Positions 1-12,529 of a DNA stretch of 64,000 nt are shown here, piece after piece. The stretch lies in assembly GCA_951406725.2 (NCBI GenBank), contig OX597821.1:83018001-83082000 (forward strand), written 5' to 3'. The stretch is from Octopus vulgaris (lineage: Eukaryota). The translations under genes and the position numbers were made by a program. Under the pieces are notes generated by a model. It was not told the origin of the DNA. It ran no database searches and saw nothing but the letters and a program-made list of their open reading frames with translations. How positions within the stretch are numbered: the stretch's first letter is position 1; the number at the start of each line of letters is the position of its first letter.

Positions 1-39
<39 letters not shown>

Positions 40-40
40 T

Positions 41-202
41 ACGACAGGCTTCTTTCAGTTTCCGTCTACCAAATCCACTCACAAGGCTTTGGTCGGCCCG
101 AGGCTATAGTAGAAGACACTAGCCCAAGATGCCACGCAGTGGGACTGAACCCGGAACCATGTGGTTGGTAAACAAGCTACTTACCACACAGCCACTCCCG
201 CG

Positions 203-205
<3 letters not shown>
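41..205 (-). mobile_element. SINE family A, 5' half (tRNA-derived head)
   Basis: Reverse complement of the head seen at 11343, with A-box-like TGGCTGTGTGG and B-box-like GGTTCAGTCCC; flanked by (TA)n. Confidence 0.9.
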
Positions 206-264
<59 letters not shown>

Positions 265-419
265 TGTGTATGTGTGTGTGTGTGTGTGATTGTGTGCGTG
301 TGTGTGAGTTTATGCATGTCAGTATATTTGTGAAGTTGTATCTGTGCACGCATGGTAGTATATGTGTGTGGGTGAGAAAGTTTCTCAGAGAATAACATTT
401 ATGCAGAAATATTTACACA

Positions 420-478
<59 letters not shown>

Positions 479-771
479 TCACACACAAACACACACACAC
501 ATACACACACACACATAATAAATAGATAAGGTTACCGTACGAGCACTCAGCTGTAGTCCAAGTTATGGCTAACCGCATCGAGTCAGTGGGCGGACATTGA
601 ATAAAGTTGAATATACTAATAACCTAGACGAAAGCGACTGGATGCAAATGCAATGGATAGATGTCTATGCAGAAAAAACGTACATTTGACTCAAATTAAA
701 AAGGCTAAATAATTGACAGTAGAAATAAGAATAAAAATTGCAGATATATTAATCTCTGTATTCATTGTAAT

Positions 772-934
772 ATAGGCGCAGGAGTGGCTGTGTGGTAAGA
801 AGCTTGCTAACCAACCACATGGTTCCGGGTTAAGTCCCACTGCGTGGCACTTTGGGCAAGTATCTTCTGCAGCCACAGGCCGACCAAAGCCTTGTGAGTG
901 GATTTGATAGACGGAAACTGAAAGAAGCCCGTCG
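772..934 (+). mobile_element. SINE family A, 5' half
   Basis: TAGGCGCAGGAGTGGCTGTGTGGTAAG...GAAAGAAGCCCGTCG; stops where the internal microsatellite normally starts. Confidence 0.9.
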
Positions 935-1575
935 CCTTCCTTTTGCCGCGGCTGCTTTGTTCAAGTAAACATGGCTCTTCCTGCGCTCGTCAAAAAATTT
1001 TTTTTCCTCGTCTAGGCTTTTAGGCCCTCTTCATTTGTTTTCCTGTCCTGTTTCTATTCCTTCTTGTACTGTATTTTTTGTAATTGTATTTTATTTTGTA
1101 TTTGTTTTTAATTGTATTGTTTTACGTCCTGTTTTTGTCACATTTTTTTTCCTTGTTTTTACTCTTCTGCAAAGGAATTTTATTTAATTCTTTCGCAGGA
1201 AGGACTAGTTCGACGAGACGTGTTCTGCCCTCACCTTCGAAACACGCTGGAGTTGAACTAGGGACAGCTGATGAAGGGGATTTTCCTTGTGTAATTGTCT
1301 TGTACTCTGTTTTTTCGTTGTTAAAAAATGGTCCGTTCCATGCTGTTTTTACGTTTTCGTTTCTCGTTGAGTTCTACGTCTATTTGTGGTGTCCTGTACA
1401 CACGTATATATATTTATATATGCATGTATATATACATATAGATGTAGGTACGTACATATATGTTTGTATGTATGCATATATTTTATTTATTACACTATTG
1501 TATGACTGAGCGCCTTCGCGTCGATTCGATTCGATTCGTTTGGTTTCGTTTCGTTTCTTCTCCTTCTCTAAGCTG

Positions 1576-1637
<62 letters not shown>

Positions 1638-1864
1638 TACAGATAAGGAAATAATTTTTTCTCAAACGCAGAATAATGCTAATAATATAGCATGAACAGG
1701 ATAAACTAATCCATATTTTGCAGAAAAATTTGTTCGCGGCCGGCCATGAGACTCGAACTGACAACTCTGTGATTACGTGTCCAGTGCTTTACCATAAAAA
1801 GGAACGACAAATTCTTTTGCAAATTTAGGATATATAAATCTAGATTTATAAGACGCTGTCGTAC

Positions 1865-1918
<54 letters not shown>

Positions 1919-2082
1919 TAGAGGGAAACCACTATGTGGACACCCCTATGCTAGAAATAGATCTGCTATAGTCTTACCACTAAGAAATGTTCTCAAGAAA
2001 AATCTATATATATATATTCGCCATGATAGATCGCTAGCCACTATACCTTTTCTATTTTCTCTCTCTGTTTATTACTGTGTTC

Positions 2083-2118
2083 CCTTCTGTCGAAGAGCGT
2101 AGGCTCGAAACGTAAAAG
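2083..2118 (+). ncRNA. Minimal type I hammerhead-like motif (core variant CUGUCGA)
   Basis: CTGTCGA-A-GAGC(GTAG)GCTC-GAAA-CG-TA with a weak stem I; sits in a short repeat between (TA)n tracts. Confidence 0.5.
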
Positions 2119-2206
2119 ACTTTCTCACTTCCCGAGCGTTAAACTAATACATATGTTTGTTGTTTACACACCCGTCTTCGTCCTTTGTTTTTTTTAAAAT
2201 AAATTC

Positions 2207-2262
<56 letters not shown>

Positions 2263-3517
2263 TACAGCATTATGCTGGGTGTTGAGGCAGTTACTCAACA
2301 AATCAAATGTGGAGGTAATCTACCTTGATTTTGCAAAAGCTTTTGACAAGGTGGATCATGGTATGATATGCCACAAACTACGTGACCTCGGCATAGCTGG
2401 AAAACTTGGAGTGTGGTTGCATGACCTCCTGAAAGATAGGAGTCAGGCAGTAGTGGTTAATGGAGCCACCTCTATGAACACACAAATAGTGAGCGGTGTT
2501 CCACAGGGCACTGTCTTGGGACCACTGCTTTTTATAGTGGCCCTCTCAGATATGCCCTCAAATGCCCGGATAGCCACTCTGGCAAGCTATGCAGACAATA
2601 CGAAAGTCTCGCAGAAAATACAGAACCCCAGCGATGTTGCACACCTGCAGCAGGAGTTGGACTCAATCTACAGATGGGCTGAGGATAATAATATGCAGTT
2701 TAATGCTGAAAAATTCCAGGCCCTGCGCTACCAGCATCCAAAACAGAATATTAAACTTGCAGGATACACCGGTCCACAGGGAATTTCAATCCCAGAGCCT
2801 AAGTCTGTGAGGGACCTAGGTATCGACACGAGTGATGATACCTCTTTCCAAGTGCACATTACCAGGATGGCGACAAAGTGCAGACGACTGGCTGGGTGGA
2901 TCTTAAGAACATTCAGAACCAGAGATAAGGAAACCATGATGGTCCTCTGGCGGACATTCGTCCTCAGTCGCCTGGATTACTTCTCACAGCTATGGTCACC
3001 CACCAGTGTAAAATAAACAGCAGACCTTGAAGCAATTCAGAGAAGATTCACAAAGAAGATCGTCTCTTTGCAACAGCTCAGCTACTGGGAAAGGTTGAAA
3101 CAGCTATGACTCTACTCCCTGGAGAGAAGACGGGAGAGGTATGCAGTAATATATGTCTGGAAGATCCTGGATGGAATTGTGCCAAATTTTGGCATTGTAA
3201 GCTACACCAATGCTAGAACGGGACGACACTGCATAGTGCCAAAGATCCCAGCAATGCCATCACGCTTCAGGACCAGCCTGGGTTTCAAGGGCCCACAGCT
3301 TTTTAGTATTTTCCCAAAGAGTCTGAGGAACTTGCACAAAGTAGATGTAGCGGTTTTTAAATCAAAACTGGACATCTTCCTGTCAAGAGTCCCAGATGAA
3401 CCTACCTCACGGCAAGAGGTGCAAATGAGAGTAGCTGTATCAAACTCCATTCTTCACCAAGTGCCACATATTAGACGAGGTTCGTCGCAATAACAGTGTA
3501 GCACAAAACGGCGGTGC
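2263..3517 (+). mobile_element. 5'-truncated CR1/L2-group LINE (C-terminal half of RT), inactivated
   Basis: ORF 2279-3016 has YLDFAKAFDKVDH, SGVPQGTVLGPLLF and YADN (for YADD); in-frame stops at about 3014 and 3107; LYSLERRRER and VPDEP tail; ends at GGCGGTGC. Confidence 0.93.
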
Positions 3518-6500
3518 ATCTGAGCTGAAACTAGAAAAAAAAAATCTCAAACAAGGAATCCCCAAATCTGCCGCTATTCCCAGCGAGACAGATTGTGTTT
3601 GCACAGGGATTACCCCTTTACCCATCTCCCGGGGACTCGTCGGACAAATGACATTATAAACAAAAATAAAAGCAAAAAAACCTACGACTCATATAGAAAT
3701 AACCACTCATATAAAAATAACCACAACCACAGTCACCTACAGTTCCCTAGACAGGAAACCTCTCCTTCCTCTTTTTTTAGCTATAATGGATCTAGCAAAA
3801 GAACTGGAAAAAAACATCCGAGCTATCACCCACCACCATCCACCACTATTACCCCACTGCACATGCCATTAAAAAGCAATCAAATAAACAAATCACCAAA
3901 ACAATTAAAACCATCCACTCTCGCCTCATCATTTTTGCTTAATGCCCAAGGCATCAGCCCTTCCACCAATACACAAAAATGGAAGATAAAATTCCTGGAG
4001 GACTGGGTCGATGCCCATCCAAACCACATCCATTTCTTCGTCCTCACTGAAACCCATCTTAGTGACCTCCACTTGGAAGCCGAGGTGAAAGTTAAAAATT
4101 TCAAAACCATTCGTGCTGATCGTGCTGGCAGAAGAAAGGGTGGGACTGCCATTTATGTCCATGATTCATTCTCAACAGAAGCCATGAACATATTTTCCAA
4201 TGGATACTGCGAAGCAGTCGCTGTATACAGTCAAACCAACAACTTAACAGTAGTTGGGCTCTACAGACCACCCCAAACGCCCCTACCATGCTTCAAGGAA
4301 TGCCTCAACAGCATAAAGTGTTTCATTCAGCAGTGTCAACCTGACAACATTTTAATGATGGGAGACTTCAACCTTCCCGGAGTTGACTGGTCTACAAACA
4401 GTCTGCCGCCAGGTTCTTCTCTCTCAACCCCCTGACAGGGAGGCAGTGGAATCGCTTCTTGACATCATGGATGATTTCTTCCTGTCCCAACTGGTACTCG
4501 AACCCACGAGATGTCACAAAAACGTCTTAGACTTAATTTTCAGCAATCACACTGATACTATCCACAATATTGCAGTGGAGAAAACCCTACTCTCCGACCA
4601 TGACATGGTTCTCTGTGATCTGAGATTTCACTGGCCAAAATGCAAAACAAATGTCATCCCTCCTGTTCATCCATTTGACACTATGGATTTCCACAATGCA
4701 AACTGGGAAGCGATCAATAATGATCTTGCACAAGTCGATTGGTCCTTCACGCACACATACACACCCACTAACATCAAAAAGTCCTGGCAGTCATTTGTAG
4801 ACACCATTACGAACATATGTGCAAAACACACCCCATTAAGATCTGCAAACAAATCTAAGTGTCGAATCCCTAGAAATAGAAAATCTCTCATCAGGAAAAT
4901 TAAAAGAATTAACAAAAAAATCAACAAGCTGAAATACTGTCAACAGCAACACACCAACCTGACTGCCATCTCGTCGCTAGAGATTAAAAAACATAAACTC
5001 CAAAACAACATGATGTCTATCATCAATAGTCAGCGAAGAGCTGAAGAGGCCTGGGCCATTGAGAAGATCAAACTCAATCCCAAAGTGTTCTTTTCATTTG
5101 CAAAAAAACACAGAGTCACTGGTTCTACTGTTGGCCCTCTGATTGATGAAAATGGTACTCTTCAAGACAATGCCAAAACCATGGGAGAGATATTGCAGAA
5201 ACAATATTGCTCTGTTTTCAGCAATCCTGATATGACTGATCTGGGCTGTATCAGTGATGTTACTCCCCAATACACTTTATCGGACATAACCTTTGGCGCT
5301 CCTGATGTCTCAGCAGCAATAAAGGAAATGAAGCATAATTCAGCAGTAGGTCCCGATAGGTTCCCTGCTTGTGTCTTGAAGATATGTCAAAACCAACTTG
5401 CACCCCCTCTAGCCAATCTGTGGCGGAACTCACTGGATGCTGGATATATACCAGAAGACCTTCTATCCCAGTCTGTTGTCCCAGTTTTCAAAAAAGGAAA
5501 CAAATCGCTTGCCGTGAATTACCGTCCAATCTCACTCACCTCTCATATCATTAATGTATTTGAGAGAGTACTGAGATCGCGTATGACTCACTTCCTTGAG
5601 AGTTATAATATGCTGAACTCCAGCCAGCATGGATTCCGTAATGGGAGAGATTGCCTGACGCAGCTACTGCATCATTTTGATGACATTTTGAGAGCCTTGG
5701 GAGAGGGTTCCAACACTGATGTCATCTACCTTGATTTCAGCAAGGCCTTTGACAGGGTTGATCATAAGATCCTTCTGAGAAAGCTGTCCAATATTGGTGT
5801 CACTGGAAAGCTGCTGCAGTGGATCAAGTGCTTCATGTCTAACAGAACCCAACATGTTGTAGTCGAAGGAGTCAAATCCAGCCCAGCCAAAGTCAGCAGT
5901 GGTGTCCCACAAGGCACTGTGTTGGGTCCACTTCTCTTCATCATCTACATAAATGATATTACTGACACCATCAAACACAGTAACATCAGAACCTTCGCTG
6001 ATGATTCCAAGCTCCAGAAGGTCATCAATGGCGTGGATGACCGAATAAGCCTTCAGTCAGACCTACTGGCTGTTGTCCAATGGGCGGAAAAGAATAACAT
6101 GTTGCTAAACGAAGACAAATTCGAACTGATCCACTTTGGAAGGGAGGACGCTCTGAAACTCCCATACTTCCTTCCTTCTGGAGAAATTCTCATGGCGTCC
6201 AACAACATCAGAGACTTGGGATTAACAGTGGACAACAACATAAGCTGGGCTACACATATAAGCAGCAAAGTTGACATGGCCCGCAGAATGTGTTCCTGGA
6301 TTCTCAGAACCTTCCAGTCGAGAGATTCCCACACTATTATCCTTCCCTTCTCCACTTTTGCCCGACCCCACCTTGAATACTGCTGTCCACTGTGGTCTCC
6401 CTACACAAAACAAAATATTATGAGAATTGAAGCTCCCCAAAGGTCAATCACAAAAAAGATAGATGGCATGTCAGACCTTGACTACTGTGGTAGACTAGAG

Positions 6501-6968
6501 AAGCTCAAACTGTATTTACTCCAACGACGCCGTGAACGCTACATTATGTGTATGATGTGGAAAATATTCCATCAGCACTGTCCGAATGATGTTGGCATCA
6601 CCTTCAAAATACATCCAAGGCTTGGATCACTTGCCATCCGTCCACAACAAAAATCTAAATCGCATCACGTAACGACAATACGGTACAACTATTTCACCTC
6701 AATTGGACCCGCTCTCTTCAACATTACACCAGGACACGTCAAAAAAGAAACTGACCACACAAAATTCAAGAAGTCTTTGGACAAATTCCTTCAAACAGTC
6801 CCGGACAAACCACCCACACCCGGATATGTCTCCGCAAACAATAACTCTCTGCTCGAATGGGCCTTGGTGCCCAAATCCTGAAATGAAAGACTTCGCCAGG
6901 TGGTGCTATTAAGTTAGACATGGCCTGGGCCAATACTGGCCAAAACCTTTCTAAGTTATTCTAAGTTA
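3518..6968 (+). mobile_element. Near full-length ORF2 of a CR1/L2-group LINE (APE endonuclease + RT), 5'-truncated in ORF1, one frameshift
   Basis: ORF 3593-4435 has APE motifs LTETHL, RADR..RKGG, GLYRPP, MGDFNLP; ORF 4383-6881 has LDL, SDH, NYRPISLTS, QHGFR, YLDFSKAFD, GVPQG, FADD; 3' stem-loop and (TTCTAAGTTA)2 tail. Confidence 0.96.
4383..6881 (+). CDS. LINE reverse transcriptase ORF (832 aa; C-terminal part of frameshifted ORF2)
   Basis: Uninterrupted ORF with the RT motifs including FADD. Confidence 0.85.
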   Translation: MTGLQTVCRQVLLSQPPDREAVESLLDIMDDFFLSQLVLEPTRCHKNVLDLIFSNHTDTIHNIAVEKTLLSDHDMVLCDLRFHWPKCKTNVIPPVHPFDTMDFHNANWEAINNDLAQVDWSFTHTYTPTNIKKSWQSFVDTITNICAKHTPLRSANKSKCRIPRNRKSLIRKIKRINKKINKLKYCQQQHTNLTAISSLEIKKHKLQNNMMSIINSQRRAEEAWAIEKIKLNPKVFFSFAKKHRVTGSTVGPLIDENGTLQDNAKTMGEILQKQYCSVFSNPDMTDLGCISDVTPQYTLSDITFGAPDVSAAIKEMKHNSAVGPDRFPACVLKICQNQLAPPLANLWRNSLDAGYIPEDLLSQSVVPVFKKGNKSLAVNYRPISLTSHIINVFERVLRSRMTHFLESYNMLNSSQHGFRNGRDCLTQLLHHFDDILRALGEGSNTDVIYLDFSKAFDRVDHKILLRKLSNIGVTGKLLQWIKCFMSNRTQHVVVEGVKSSPAKVSSGVPQGTVLGPLLFIIYINDITDTIKHSNIRTFADDSKLQKVINGVDDRISLQSDLLAVVQWAEKNNMLLNEDKFELIHFGREDALKLPYFLPSGEILMASNNIRDLGLTVDNNISWATHISSKVDMARRMCSWILRTFQSRDSHTIILPFSTFARPHLEYCCPLWSPYTKQNIMRIEAPQRSITKKIDGMSDLDYCGRLEKLKLYLLQRRRERYIMCMMWKIFHQHCPNDVGITFKIHPRLGSLAIRPQQKSKSHHVTTIRYNYFTSIGPALFNITPGHVKKETDHTKFKKSLDKFLQTVPDKPPTPGYVSANNNSLLEWALVPKS

Positions 6969-6972
6969 TATA

Positions 6973-7044
<72 letters not shown>

Positions 7045-7179
7045 TATATGTGTGTCTACATATGTATGTATATGTATATATATGCGTGTGTATATATGTT
7101 TATATATATATGTTTGTTTCTGTGTGCGCGCGTGTGTGTGTATGTGTGTATATATGCATATATAGATGTATATATTTAC

Positions 7180-7214
<35 letters not shown>

Positions 7215-7242
7215 TACATACATACATACATACATACATACA

Positions 7243-7276
<34 letters not shown>

Positions 7277-7334
7277 CATAAATGTGCCTGTGTATGTTTG
7301 TTTCTGTGTGTGTGTGTGTGTAGCCGAAAATTAA

Positions 7335-8910
7335 AGTGTCTATCTCGTACACCACACAACCTCTTTCACCATAGCCGACAGACGACGGAAAACTCTGTGC
7401 CGCTTCCTGCTAAAGGAGCCAGGTTTGACGTAATTCCACAAGTTAGCAATGCACAAGCACGAGTGCGCGCAAGAGGATTTCGTTGCTCTGTGCATATTTT
7501 GAACAGGTGCAGCTGACGGTACTGCCATGCTTGTAGAGATTGTCCCGAAACATTAAAGCCTTCTCAGTAACAATGTTAGGGCAGGGATTTCTGGAATTAT
7601 CTACGGGCCCCGGCCCGAAAATCCTTTGGTAAAGACTAGCCAGTTGATTTTCATCGACAGTGATTCTCCCGAGGACGTGATCACACTTACCCACCACTAA
7701 TCCTCTATAGAACAACACGGTGGAACATCCGCAGACCATATTGCCTGACTGACAGAGGGCTGTGAGCGCCTAACAGCACTCTAGGTTCCAGGTGTCAAGC
7801 GTCTTGTCTCGGTCTCTGCTTGGTCTGGGATGGAGATCTATCAAAGCTGCGGAAAAGCGCATCCAGCAAAAAGCTAACATACCTGCTCACCGCCAACGAA
7901 CCGCTGGATATGTCGTAGCCTCAGCACATGTCTGCGCATCAGTAGCCACGACATGCCAGGTCCTCCATTTAGCGGGAGTTGTCAGCAAATGGAGCGCCTG
8001 ACCAGCGGAACGCGTCCTTTCTACTGCGGAAGAGTATGCGTTCCAGTTTGGTCAGACATAAACTAAGGTAAAGTTCGATGGTCAGACGATAGTAGGTGAC
8101 GGATGCGATGGAGGCATTTATTAGCTCCATCCTTTGATATTCTGGTATGTTCTATGGTTCTTCATAGGTAAGAGTTCATCCATCTTGTACAATTTTATTA
8201 ATTGCGAGTGGCAGGAACTGGACACTTTGATAAATTGTGATCTCCTGGAATGCGAAGCTGGGATAGTTTTCTTAGCATGATGTTCCCCGTTGTACATAGT
8301 AATTCGTGACAATTGACACGTTGCATCCATTCTGGTGTCCTTTTAATCTACGAACTATATTACCCAGATTGCAGTCTAGTAGGCTATAACTCTTTAAATT
8401 GAATCCGATCTTCGCTTACAAAATAACACATTTTGCACCCTGTCTGTCCATTTCTGGGTGAAACTAACCGACCTGCACGTCACCTCTCTCCAGTTCGTGT
8501 TAATTTGGTCATCTGGGCCAAACAACCCGTGAGCAATTTAACCAGTGTACCCAATGCCTCACGACACCGTTGGATGGCATGGATCTGCTCCTTCGGGTGT
8601 CACGCTGCAGACCCAACGGCTTTTGATAAATCTTTACTCCTGTTATTGCCTCATATTCCCTAAAATGAGAGTTGATCACCTCGATATGTTTGGTATCCGA
8701 CACTGTTGTAGTTACGTCGTCTGCATATGCCAACAAATCAGGACGCCTTTCGAAACCTATAACTTCTGCGCTAGTGACCCCAGAGTCAGTATGTACTAAA
8801 GAGGAGAGTAATCTTGGATGGACCGAACGCATGATACGGGAAGGAACAGAGGATGAAAGAGAGAGAGGGAAAGTGAGAGAGGAAGAATAAGAGGGAATCA
8901 GGTTCAATAT
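7335..8910 (-). mobile_element. Degenerate Tx1/L1-like LINE
   Basis: AYADDVT...EYEAITGVKI in ORF 8509-8907; zf-RVT-like ALMFRDNLYKHG..CTC..E...HC in ORF 7443-7739; many frameshifts. Confidence 0.75.
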
Positions 8911-9204
8911 TTCCCTGGGCTACAGGTTTTGGTTCTGTTGTTGTTAGTGACATCGTTTTTCCTGCTGCCACTGCTAGTGTTGCTACTGCTGCTATTGTCG
9001 TTGCTGTAGCAGGGGCTGTAATTGTTTGTATTGCTTCTGCTATTGGTATTGCTTGTGGTGTTGGTGTTGCTGCTATTGTTTTTGTTTTCTTCGCTGCATC
9101 TACTGCTGATGCTGATGATGATGTTGGGGCTGTAGTGTCGCTACAATTGGAGTGTCTCTTGTTTTTTGTTGAGGATAGAAAGCTCTTAAGTCTGCTCAAG
9201 AACA

Positions 9205-9290
9205 CAACACGGCACCCGGTTCAGGAACTGAAACCACGATCTTGACCCGATCGTGAGTGCAATATCCTAGCCACTAGTCCTTGCGAACTC
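9205..9290 (-). mobile_element. SINE family C head fragment
   Basis: Similar to 43150-43235 and to the reverse complement of the 32971 head. Confidence 0.6.
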
Positions 9291-9315
9291 ACAAACGAAA
9301 GCAATAACAACAATA

Positions 9316-9706
9316 ATGGTTTCAGAGTTTGGCAAAAAATGAGTCAGTCAATAAGATCGACACATGCACAACTAATACTTATCTTATCGATCCCATAAGG
9401 ACGAAAGGCTAAGTTGAGAACTCGGTGAATTGGAACCCCGAACGTAAGAAGTAGGAGAAATACCACAAAGCGTTTTGTCTGATGCTTTAACAATTCTGCC
9501 AATCCACCGCCCTAAACAACAACAACAACAATGATTTTTATTTCTGGCACAAGACCAGGATTATCAGTAGGTGCTTAATTTATCGACCCCCAAAGGATGA
9601 AAGGCAAAGTCGACCTCGGTAGAATTTGAACTTAGAACGTGAAGATGGACGAAATGCTGCTAAGCATTTTGTCTAACGTGCTACCAATTCTACCATCTCC
9701 CCGCCG
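9316..9706 (-). mobile_element. Two degenerate SINE family B copies
   Basis: TTTATCGACCCC.AAAGGATGAAAGGCAAAGTCGACCTCGG core, matching 41770-41996. Confidence 0.8.
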
Positions 9707-9754
9707 CAGTAGTAGTAGTAGTAGTAGTAGTACTACTACTACTACTACTACTAC

Positions 9755-9789
<35 letters not shown>

Positions 9790-9790
<1 letters not shown>

Positions 9791-11222
9791 CATTGTATAC
9801 CTTCAGTGCTGATATCTGAATGGAGTTCGGACTGAGAAAGTGTGGTGTGTTAGTCTTGAAGAGAGGAAAAATCAAATGTATGGACGGGTTACAATACCGC
9901 CGGGGGAGGTTATGAAGCAGATAGAAGAGACGGGCGATAAGTACTTGGGGATTTTGGAAATGGATAAATTAATGGAGAAAGAAATTACAGAAAAATTTAA
10001 GGTGGAGTACTTGCGCAGACTGAGACTGATCCATTAAGTCGAAATTAAACTGACGGAATAAGATTGAAGCTATCAATAGCTGGGCGGTTTCACTCCTTAG
10101 ATATGGAGCAGGGGTAATCGCATGGACAGTAGACAAACGAAACAGCTGAGATAGAAAGACAAGGAAGTTGGTAACTAGATATGGGTCACTTCACCCAAAA
10201 AGTGACACAGACAGACTGTATGTACCAAGAAAAAGAGGGGGAAGAGGACTTAATGGATGCGAGCACAGCATTAGAGCAGAAGAAAACAACATAGCATGGT
10301 ATGTAAAAAAATACCACAGAACCGCTGTTATTAGGAGTAAGAAGGTCAGGCTTGTGTAGGATAAAAGATTGCAAAGATAAAGCACTGTACGAAAAATTGA
10401 AAACGAATGATGGGTAAAGAAAAGAATGCATGGGCAATTTCATAGGGATGTTGAAGATAAGACAGACAGAGAAAAAAGATGGCTGAGGATTACTAAAAGT
10501 GATTTAAAACCGGAAATGGAGGCTCTAATCTGTGCTGCCCAAGAGCAAGCACTAAGAACAAACTACATAAAATACAGAATAGATAACACATCAGAAAGTG
10601 GTAAGTGCAGAATCTGTGGACAAAATGGTGAAACTGTATGGAATATTACCAGCCAATGTACGCCACTTGCCCAGAAGGAATATAAGAGACGCCACGACAA
10701 TATAACCCGGCTTGTTCATTGGGCACTTTGCAACAAGTATGGATTTGACAGAGCACAAACCCGAAGGCGTCATCGAAAATAAAAATGCAAAGATCTTATG
10801 GGATTTTATGATTCGGTGCGACCATGAGATAGAGAATAGGAAGCCAGACAGTCTTAATTGAGATAGAAAACAAATTATGCTGGATCATAGATATAGCATA
10901 CCCAGCTGACAATAAGGTATGCGATAAGGAAGAAAGAAAAGTCGATAAATATGAGAGGTTAGCTTGGGAAGTTAAGCAGTTGTGGTCGATGAAAAAGGTT
11001 ACAGTAGTACCAATAATTGTCGGAGTCCTGGGAACAGTGAGCAAAAAAAAAGTACGTGGAATAAATATGGGCTGTAATAAGGGTGGAGCATTTGCAGAAA
11101 ACAGTACTGCTTTGGAACCGCCCGAATACTCTGGAAGGTGCTCGAAAAATAAGAGGTGTTACTTTAGTTCACTGGTAGTGACACCGCAGTACATCTCCAG
11201 CGTTAGTAGCAGTGCAAAGGCA
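9790..11222 (+). mobile_element. 5'-truncated R4/Dong-like non-LTR retrotransposon (restriction-like endonuclease)
   Basis: KYLG, RLYVPRKRGGRGL, MHGQF, AAQEQAL, CRICG..ETV..I...C, YKRRHD, RKPD, IIDIA.P, VVPIIVG; (TAA)n on both sides. Confidence 0.9.
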
Positions 11223-11237
11223 ATGATGATGATGATG

Positions 11238-11315
<78 letters not shown>

Positions 11316-11342
11316 TAATGATAATAATGATGATGATGATAA

Positions 11343-11515
11343 TAGGCGTATGAGTGGCTGAATGATAAGTAGCTTGCTTACCAACCACATGGTTCTGGGT
11401 TCAGTCCCACTGCATGGCACCTTGGGCAAGTGTCTTCTACTATAGCCTCGAGCCGACCAAAGCCTTGTGAGTGGATTTGGTAGACAGAAACTGAAAGAAG
11501 CCCGTCGTATATATG

Positions 11516-11556
<41 letters not shown>

Positions 11557-11769
11557 CTGTATTTGTCCCCCAACATCACTTGACAACTGATGCTGGTGTG
11601 TTTACGTCCCCGTAACTTAGCGGTTCGGCAATATAGACCGATAGAATAAGTACTAGGCTTACAAAGAATAAGTCCTGGGGTTGATTTGCTCGACTAAAGG
11701 TGGTGCTCCAGCATGGTCACAGTCAAATGGCTGAAACAAGTAAAAGAGTAAAAAAGAGAGTAAAAGAGT
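11343..11769 (+). mobile_element. SINE family A, full length
   Basis: tRNA-like head, internal (TA)n(TG)n, 3' stem-loop and GTAAAAGA tail repeats. Confidence 0.95.
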
Positions 11770-11822
<53 letters not shown>

Positions 11823-12529
11823 TAAAAATAATAAATAAGTAAATTGTCCTCTTGTGTCAAGAAATTTAGAGTTTCGATCAATAGAATTTGATGAAATAAG
11901 TATAACACTTAAAATAAAAATTGAGATCGATGTAATTGTTAAAAGACTATGCCCTTTTTATGCAGTACCCTTGAATAGTAGTACTCCTACATGGCCGTAC
12001 CCTTGTATGGTAGTGATCCCTCTGCCAGTACCCCTGTATGGCCGCAATCAAATGACTGAAACCGTTTATAAATTGAAAGAGTAACAGATTACAAATATTG
12101 TTGCGTATCGACATGTGCACACCTGTACAGGTACATACACACGCGAGCATGAGACATAGCTGCTTATCATCAGTTGGGTTAAAGTACAACACACCTGTTC
12201 TTCGATAGTGAATGATGGAACTAATAAACAATGTAAAGAAGATGATGATGAGAGGAGGTACTATCGATGAACAAGAAATTACGTCAGTCAGAATTTGTCA
12301 GCTGATATAAACAATGACACATTTGCTTGTATTAGTCACTGGATCCTTCGGAAACATATTAGAATAATTCCGGGGTTAGGATAGTATCGATTGTGTACAT
12401 CTATCGAAGAGAGAAAAATTGTATATATATATATATATATATGCATATGATGTATGTATGAATTTATGTATGAATGGAGGTATGTGTGTGTGTGTATGCA
12501 TGTGTGTGCATGTGTGATCTTTTCGGTTC

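Noticed and set aside
1235-1290. GAAAC...CTGATGA as a permuted hammerhead
   Set aside because: Stems I and III cannot be formed convincingly, and no GAAA follows the downstream hairpin
8786-9205. Ala/Thr-rich 139-aa ORF
   Set aside because: Low-complexity; probably part of the adjacent Tx1-like element or a decayed triplet repeat
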